From Bacteroidota bacterium (GTDB lineage: Bacteria > Bacteroidota > Bacteroidia > JABEUT01): a stretch of 51,899 nt of DNA. Positions within the stretch are counted from its first letter, which is position 1. Each line of letters begins with the position of its first letter. A program made the position numbers and the translations under genes. Positions 46,283 to 51,899 of this stretch are shown here, in pieces. The stretch covers positions 533-52,431 of the forward strand of contig JABDCH010000003.1 of NCBI GenBank assembly GCA_013288205.1, given 5' to 3'. Under the pieces are notes generated by a model, which was not told the DNA's origin, did no database searches, and worked only from the letters and a program-made list of their open reading frames with translations.

Positions 46283-48375
46283 TGCGGAGTAATTCTACAT
46301 ATAAGATTGGTGCTATTCGCAGGGCGTTTACCTTAGTTTTATTTGTATTCTTTACATACACTGCATTTGGGCAGGTGCAGGTAAAGAATGTAGAATTCAT
46401 CAAAAAGAATTTTAAGAATAACAAGAAGGGATATAAACAAGCGGTTAAAGACATCAAGCAAGCGAACTATTACTATAATATGGGAGTGCATTATTACCGC
46501 TATGCAGTTCCTTTCTACATGAATGCTGAAAAATTCAATCCCGACAATGCCAGGTTGAATTATAAGCTTGGCAAGTGCATGATATATTCCATGTATAAAG
46601 ATCAGGCGGTTTCATACCTGGAATTAGCTATTCAGATAAATGCAGTAGTTGCCCCCGATGCACATTATTATTTGGCAAGGGCATATCATTTAACCATGAA
46701 TTGGGAAAAAGCAAAAATGGAATACAATGTATACCTGCAAACGCTTACCCCTAAGCAGGGCGCTGAGATAGATGATGTGCGAAGAAAAATTCAGGAATGC
46801 AATAATGGGGAACAACTGAGCCAGGTTCCTGTTAGGGCATTCGTTGATAATTTGGGAGATTCCATTAATGACCAGTCTCCACAATATCATCCGCTGGTGA
46901 TGGCTGATGAATCAGAAATGTTTTATACAGCACGGACAGCAGCCATTTCAAAAAAAGTAAAATTAGATCCGAGAGATGCCGAAGGCCCCGAAAATATATT
47001 TGTATCTTATTCTAAGAATGGCACGTGGGGCAGCGCGAGAAAAATGAGCGATGTTATTAATGCCAAATCAGACAATGCTACCGCTGGCTTGTCGCCCGAC
47101 GGGCAGACTTTATATACATACCGTATCAGTAACAATGGAGATATATACCAGAGCAGCCTGGGAGCGAACAAAGCATGGTCTAATCCTCAACGCTTAAGCA
47201 AGGCAATAGATTCTCGGGCGAAAGAATCATCTATCTCGGTTACATCTGATGGAAGAGCAGCCTACTTTATAAGTGATCGCACAGGTGGATATGGAATGGG
47301 CGATATTTACAAAATCACAAAGGATGATAAGGGTAACTGGAGTGTTCCGCAAAACCTGGGACCCATTATCAATACCGAATACGATGAAGAAGGAGTTTAT
47401 GTAACTCCGGATGGAATGACGCTCTATTTCAGTTCTACGGGACATAACACCATGGGTGGATATGATGTATTTAAATCTGTGTATGATAGTGGAAAATGGT
47501 CTGCTCCCGTAAATATGGGATATCCTATCAATACGCCGGGCGACGACATTTATTTCACTTTGACAGCTAATAAAAAACATGCCTACTATTCTTCCGATCA
47601 AAAGGGTGGGAAAGGAGATATGGATATTTATATGATCACCTTCCTCGGCCCTGAAAAACCTGTAGTTGCAAGCATTGGGCCAAGTGCATTATCCGGGCTG
47701 ACTGCCAATATTACCGATGTGATGACTTCGGAAGCGGTTACGGTTATATCGAACAAAGCACTTTTAAAAGGAGTGGTAGTTGATTCAAATACCCATAAAC
47801 CTCTGCTTGCTTCCATTGAACTGATGGATAATAAAAAGAATAAAATAATTGCCAATTTCAATACCGATAGCCTGACCGGAGAATATGTGGTTTCTCTTTT
47901 ATCAGGTGTAAATTATGGGATATATATAACGGCTCCGAACCATCTTTTTTATTCTGCCAATATAGATATGACAGATTCTTCGCACTACCGGGAGTTTGTA
48001 AAGAATATAGCGCTCCAACCATTAGAAGTAGGTAGCCATATCGCCCTGCGGAATATATTTTTCGACTTTAATAAAGCTACCCTCAGAAAAGAATCTACAC
48101 CTGAATTGCAGGAGGTAATAGACCTGCTTAAAAAATATCCTGCCATGACGATTGAACTATCAGGTTACACGGATAATAAGGGTACGGAAAAGTATAACTT
48201 AGGCTTATCTGCTTCGAGGGCAAAAGCAGTAGTTACTTACCTCGTAGCACATGGCATTGCGGCTAAAAGGCTTACGTCTAAAGGATATGGCTCTGCTCAT
48301 CCTGTTGCAACCAACGCCACCGATGAAGGCCGTCAGCTAAATCGTCGTACCGAGTTTAAGATTACCGGGAAATAA
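46273..48375 (+). CDS. PorE-like OmpA family protein (TPR, PD40 propeller, carboxypeptidase-regulatory-like domain, OmpA-C)
   Basis: TPRs; PD40 motifs (SPDGQTLY, TPDGMTLYFSS, INTPGDD); NIFFDFNKA, GYTD and LNRRTEF. No lipobox seen. Confidence 0.85.
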   Translation: MQMMRSNSTYKIGAIRRAFTLVLFVFFTYTAFGQVQVKNVEFIKKNFKNNKKGYKQAVKDIKQANYYYNMGVHYYRYAVPFYMNAEKFNPDNARLNYKLGKCMIYSMYKDQAVSYLELAIQINAVVAPDAHYYLARAYHLTMNWEKAKMEYNVYLQTLTPKQGAEIDDVRRKIQECNNGEQLSQVPVRAFVDNLGDSINDQSPQYHPLVMADESEMFYTARTAAISKKVKLDPRDAEGPENIFVSYSKNGTWGSARKMSDVINAKSDNATAGLSPDGQTLYTYRISNNGDIYQSSLGANKAWSNPQRLSKAIDSRAKESSISVTSDGRAAYFISDRTGGYGMGDIYKITKDDKGNWSVPQNLGPIINTEYDEEGVYVTPDGMTLYFSSTGHNTMGGYDVFKSVYDSGKWSAPVNMGYPINTPGDDIYFTLTANKKHAYYSSDQKGGKGDMDIYMITFLGPEKPVVASIGPSALSGLTANITDVMTSEAVTVISNKALLKGVVVDSNTHKPLLASIELMDNKKNKIIANFNTDSLTGEYVVSLLSGVNYGIYITAPNHLFYSANIDMTDSSHYREFVKNIALQPLEVGSHIALRNIFFDFNKATLRKESTPELQEVIDLLKKYPAMTIELSGYTDNKGTEKYNLGLSASRAKAVVTYLVAHGIAAKRLTSKGYGSAHPVATNATDEGRQLNRRTEFKITGK

Positions 48376-48377
48376 GT

Positions 48378-49013
48378 TCATAACACCATCTGGTGTACCC
48401 CAAAAAATAGTACCAGTGATTGAACAGCAATGCCAATCATAAGTCCCAGGTAGATATCGAATGGTTCGTGTGCTTTTAATTTATAGCGCGACAAGGCAGT
48501 CAGTATTACAATGGCAAATGCCCCAAGTAACCACATGATGAGATGTTGCTGAGTGTATTTCATTAAGCCGATTACGGTTCCAAGTAGCCCGCCTGCACCC
48601 ACACTATGAAAGCTTACCTTGGTAAACATAGTAGCGATGAGTGTTATAATAAGAGATATGTTTAACCCCAGCATAAATACTTTCAGCGATTCTCCCATAC
48701 TTGGTATGCTATGGAAAGCGTAATAGCCAAGAATAAAAAAAGGCGCTGCAAAGCTGAGCATATAGAGTCTGTCCGTCCTCGTGGGGTTCGATAGGCTTGA
48801 AATTTTGTTAAACAGAAGAAGGACATAGTTTACGAGTAGTGGTAATATATAAGTACATGCCAATATAGCAGCAACTACAATCAACAAGGATTTCTCATTA
48901 AAAAATAAACTCGAAAGATTAGGATCGCACCATAAAACCACAAGAACTGCCACTGTGGGCATAAGTGCAGGATGAAAAAGGTACGATATGAAAGTCCATA
49001 ATTGTTTTCCCAT
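48378..49013 (-). CDS. Conserved multi-pass membrane protein (PAP2-like C-terminus)
   Basis: ISYLFHP, KVSFHSVG and SRYKLKAH motifs; about six TM helices. Confidence 0.65.
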   Translation of the reverse strand: MGKQLWTFISYLFHPALMPTVAVLVVLWCDPNLSSLFFNEKSLLIVVAAILACTYILPLLVNYVLLLFNKISSLSNPTRTDRLYMLSFAAPFFILGYYAFHSIPSMGESLKVFMLGLNISLIITLIATMFTKVSFHSVGAGGLLGTVIGLMKYTQQHLIMWLLGAFAIVILTALSRYKLKAHEPFDIYLGLMIGIAVQSLVLFFGVHQMVL

Positions 49014-49020
49014 TCTAGTA

Positions 49021-50490
49021 TTAAATTTCTTTTCGCATTCGTGCTACTGGCAGGCCCATAGCTTCACGGTATTTAGCAATTGTTCTGCGTGCTATTTTAT
49101 ATCCTTTTTGTTCAAGCAGAACTACTAGTGCATCATCGTTGATGGGCTTTTTCTTGTCTTCGTTATGAATAATTTCCTGCATCAATTTTTTCACTTCGTT
49201 TACCGAAACTTCTTCTCCACTTTCCTTTTGGAATGATTCAGAGAAAAGTGTTTTCAGTAAAAACGTACCAAAATTGGTTTGAACATATTTACTACTTACT
49301 ACCCTTGAAATGGTAGATATATCAAGCCCGGTGGCTTTTGCAATATCCTTTAGCAGCATGGGCTTCAATTTACCTTCGTCGCCTGAAGCAAAATAATCCT
49401 GTTGGTAATTCAGAATGGTTTGCATCACACTCTGCAACGTATCTTCCCGTTGCCTGATAGCATGAATGAAACCACTTGCTGCTTCTGTTTTCGATTTTGC
49501 AAATGATGCCGCTTCGCGCTGCATTTTATCCATCCCTTTTTTTCGTTCGGCCATAGTAACATACACGGGACTGAGGCGCAAAGTAGACGATATTCTTCCA
49601 TTGAGGGCAGCTTGCAATTCGCCTTCTGAATTGGCAACTACGAAATCAGGAACTACCTGTGCTGCATTGGTGGCTGCATCAGCATAAGCCTGCCCCGGTT
49701 TGGGATTAAGCTTTATAATTTCATTCACCGCATTTTTCAACGATGCCTCATCACATTTTACTACTTCTTTTAGTCGCTCGTAATTCTTTTTAGAGAACTC
49801 TTCAAATCCTTTTTCCAGGATAGTGATAGCAAGTTTCGTATACGCATCAGTATGTTCCTGTCTTTTCAATTGTATGAGCAAGCACTCTTGCAAGTTTCTT
49901 GCTCCAACTCCCGGCGGGTCAAATTCCTGTATTATTTTCAGCAGTGGCTCCAGTTCTTTTTCATCGGTCAGGATATTTTGCTGGAAAGTAACATCATTCG
50001 ATATGGAATACAGATCCCGACGTAAATATCCATCATCATCAATATTGCCAATAATATAGTCGGCAAGCATTTGCTGGCGCTCGTTCAGGTGATCCTTTAA
50101 TCCCAGTTGAAAATGCAATGAATCCTGGAAAGAGGATGAATCGGCAAAATATGATTCCCGGTTAGTTTCCTCAGCATAGTTATTCGAAGTTAATTTATAT
50201 GCAGGCACATATTCTTCGCTTTCTTCCATGAAATCTTCCCCATCGTCATAGTCTTCATCACGGGTATCCTCACTATACTCTTCACCTTCGTTTTCTATTT
50301 CTGAGAGTTCTTCCTTAGGGTCATCGGCAACCTCGCTGCCATCTTCTAAGGCTGGGTTATTTTCTATTTCTTCCTTGATGCGTTGTTCCATTAATGCCAT
50401 CGGTAAAAGCAATAGCTTCTGCACCAATATTTGGTTGGGCGTAAGCTTTAGTTGCTGTTTTAATTGCTGGGTCTGGCGAAGTTCTGGCAT
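49021..50490 (-). CDS. rpoN: RNA polymerase sigma-54 factor
   Basis: Q-rich region I, DPPGVGARNLQECL, DISTISRV and the RpoN box ARRTIAKYRE. Confidence 0.97.
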   Translation of the reverse strand: MPELRQTQQLKQQLKLTPNQILVQKLLLLPMALMEQRIKEEIENNPALEDGSEVADDPKEELSEIENEGEEYSEDTRDEDYDDGEDFMEESEEYVPAYKLTSNNYAEETNRESYFADSSSFQDSLHFQLGLKDHLNERQQMLADYIIGNIDDDGYLRRDLYSISNDVTFQQNILTDEKELEPLLKIIQEFDPPGVGARNLQECLLIQLKRQEHTDAYTKLAITILEKGFEEFSKKNYERLKEVVKCDEASLKNAVNEIIKLNPKPGQAYADAATNAAQVVPDFVVANSEGELQAALNGRISSTLRLSPVYVTMAERKKGMDKMQREAASFAKSKTEAASGFIHAIRQREDTLQSVMQTILNYQQDYFASGDEGKLKPMLLKDIAKATGLDISTISRVVSSKYVQTNFGTFLLKTLFSESFQKESGEEVSVNEVKKLMQEIIHNEDKKKPINDDALVVLLEQKGYKIARRTIAKYREAMGLPVARMRKEI

Positions 50491-50494
50491 GTGT

Positions 50495-50522
50495 TTGGCT
50501 ATTGGCTATCAGCTAATGGCTT
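50495..50522 (-). repeat. Four degenerate tandem heptamers between asnS and rpoN
   Basis: Plus strand TTGGCTA TTGGCTA TCAGCTA ATGGCTT; the reverse complement matches the unit inside pduO. Confidence 0.65.
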
Positions 50523-50526
50523 TAAA

Positions 50527-51899
50527 TTAAAACTCTGCGTTTTTGGGAGTGCGAGGGAATGGAATGACATCGCGTATATTACTCATACCCGTAACAAATA
50601 AAATGAGTCGTTCCAGCCCAAGCCCAAAGCCTGCATGCGGTGCTGTTCCGAATTTGCGCAACTCAAGATACCACCACATTTCTTTTTCGGGCAATCCCAT
50701 TTCACGAATTCGTGCTAATAACTTATCGTAGTTTTCTTCCCGTTGTGAACCTCCCATTATTTCACCCACATAAGGAAACAGTACATCCATGCCCCTTACT
50801 GTTTTGCCGTCTTCATTCAGCTTCATGTAAAATGCTTTGATGCCTTTCGGATAATCGGTAACCATAACCGGGCATTTGAAATGTTCAACTAAATAATTCT
50901 CATGTTCCTTTTGCAGGTCAGCCCCCCATTCGGGTTTAAACTCAAATTTTTTCATGGCTGATTTTAAAATTTCAATGCCTTCGGTGTAGCTAATGCGTTT
51001 AAAGGTGGAATCTTTCACCATATTCAAACGGTTGAGCAATTCCTTATCGTACATATTATTTAGAAAGGTCAAATCGTCTATACAGTTATCCAGCGCATAT
51101 TTTATTAAATACTTTAGCATGTCTTCAGCTAAGTCCATGTTATCATGCACATCATTAAATGCCACTTCAGGTTCAATCATCCAGAACTCAGCCAGGTGTC
51201 GTGGGGTGTTAGAGTTCTCAGCACGGAATGTCGGTCCGAACGTATATACTTTGGAAAGAGCCATAGCGGCAGTTTCAGCTTCCAACTGACCGGAAACCGT
51301 TAAGTTAGTTTCTTTTCCAAAAAAATCTTCTTTGTAATCTATCGTGTCATCAGGATTTTTTGGAGGATTATTCATATCCAATGTAGTGACACGGAACATT
51401 TCTCCCGCTCCTTCTGCATCCGAGCCGGTAATTACAGGGGTATGCAAATAAAAAAATCCGTTATCGTTAAAGTATTTATGTATACCATAGCTCATGGCAT
51501 GGCGTACGCGCATCACAGCGCCAATGGTATTGGTGCGTGGACGCAAGTGGGCAATCTCTCTCAAAAATTCTAATGTATGGCCTTTCTTTTGTAAAGGGAA
51601 AGTTTCATCGGCGCCGCCGTATATTTCTATTTCTTTGGCTTGTATTTCCACCGCTTGTCCCTGCCCTTGCGATTTAACAAGAGTACCTTTTACTAATACA
51701 CAAGACCCGGTAGTAATGCTTTTCAGCAATTCTTCAGGAAAGGCATCAATAGCGGCGACGGCTTGTATATTATGTATGATAGAGCCATCATTAATGGCTA
51801 AAAAAACCACTTGTTTACTATCTCTTTTCGTACGGATCCATCCCTGCACGGTTACTTCCGTATCATATTCAGTTGATTTCAGAAGTTCTTTAACGTTTG
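50527..51899 (-). CDS. asnS: Asparagine--tRNA ligase (5' end outside the window)
   Basis: [28 protein letters not shown] and GFGLGLER motifs. The frame stays open to the window edge. Confidence 0.98.
   Translation of the reverse strand, partial: NVKELLKSTEYDTEVTVQGWIRTKRDSKQVVFLAINDGSIIHNIQAVAAIDAFPEELLKSITTGSCVLVKGTLVKSQGQGQAVEIQAKEIEIYGGADETFPLQKKGHTLEFLREIAHLRPRTNTIGAVMRVRHAMSYGIHKYFNDNGFFYLHTPVITGSDAEGAGEMFRVTTLDMNNPPKNPDDTIDYKEDFFGKETNLTVSGQLEAETAAMALSKVYTFGPTFRAENSNTPRHLAEFWMIEPEVAFNDVHDNMDLAEDMLKYLIKYALDNCIDDLTFLNNMYDKELLNRLNMVKDSTFKRISYTEGIEILKSAMKKFEFKPEWGADLQKEHENYLVEHFKCPVMVTDYPKGIKAFYMKLNEDGKTVRGMDVLFPYVGEIMGGSQREENYDKLLARIREMGLPEKEMWWYLELRKFGTAPHAGFGLGLERLILFVTGMSNIRDVIPFPRTPKNAEF

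Overview
Chromosomal window from a Bacteroidota genome. This is supported by many TAnnTT(T/C)G -7 promoter boxes, two T9SS type-A cargo proteins, Gld-like and PorE-like proteins, and the DUF4290-murA linkage. The backbone is housekeeping: ruvB (truncated), accA, truB, gpsA, ppa, murA, meaB, recG, hemB, a hemC-hemD fusion, dps, lpdA, glmM, rpoN and asnS (truncated). Several AT-richer accessory inserts interrupt it: (i) an XRE-regulated cassette of a fibre-like protein, an unknown T9SS cargo and a 7-repeat beta-propeller lipoprotein (4.1-8.9 kb); (ii) a divergent GldK/J-like plus GldN-like gene pair (18.1-19.9 kb); (iii) a YoeB toxin-antitoxin module plus an orphan gene between hemC-hemD and hemB. 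Signals not in the ORF track: a fluoride-riboswitch-like element with an internal deletion upstream of ppa; a 30-aa Lys/Ala histone-H1-like microprotein with its own terminator; a +1 frameshift in a T6 run at the 5' end of a DES1-like desaturase; two homologous decayed coding fragments 31 kb apart; and a degenerate heptamer repeat family found both inside a coding gene and intergenically. I saw no rRNA, tRNA, CRISPR array, integrase or transposase. All family assignments are from motif recognition by eye; no database search was run.
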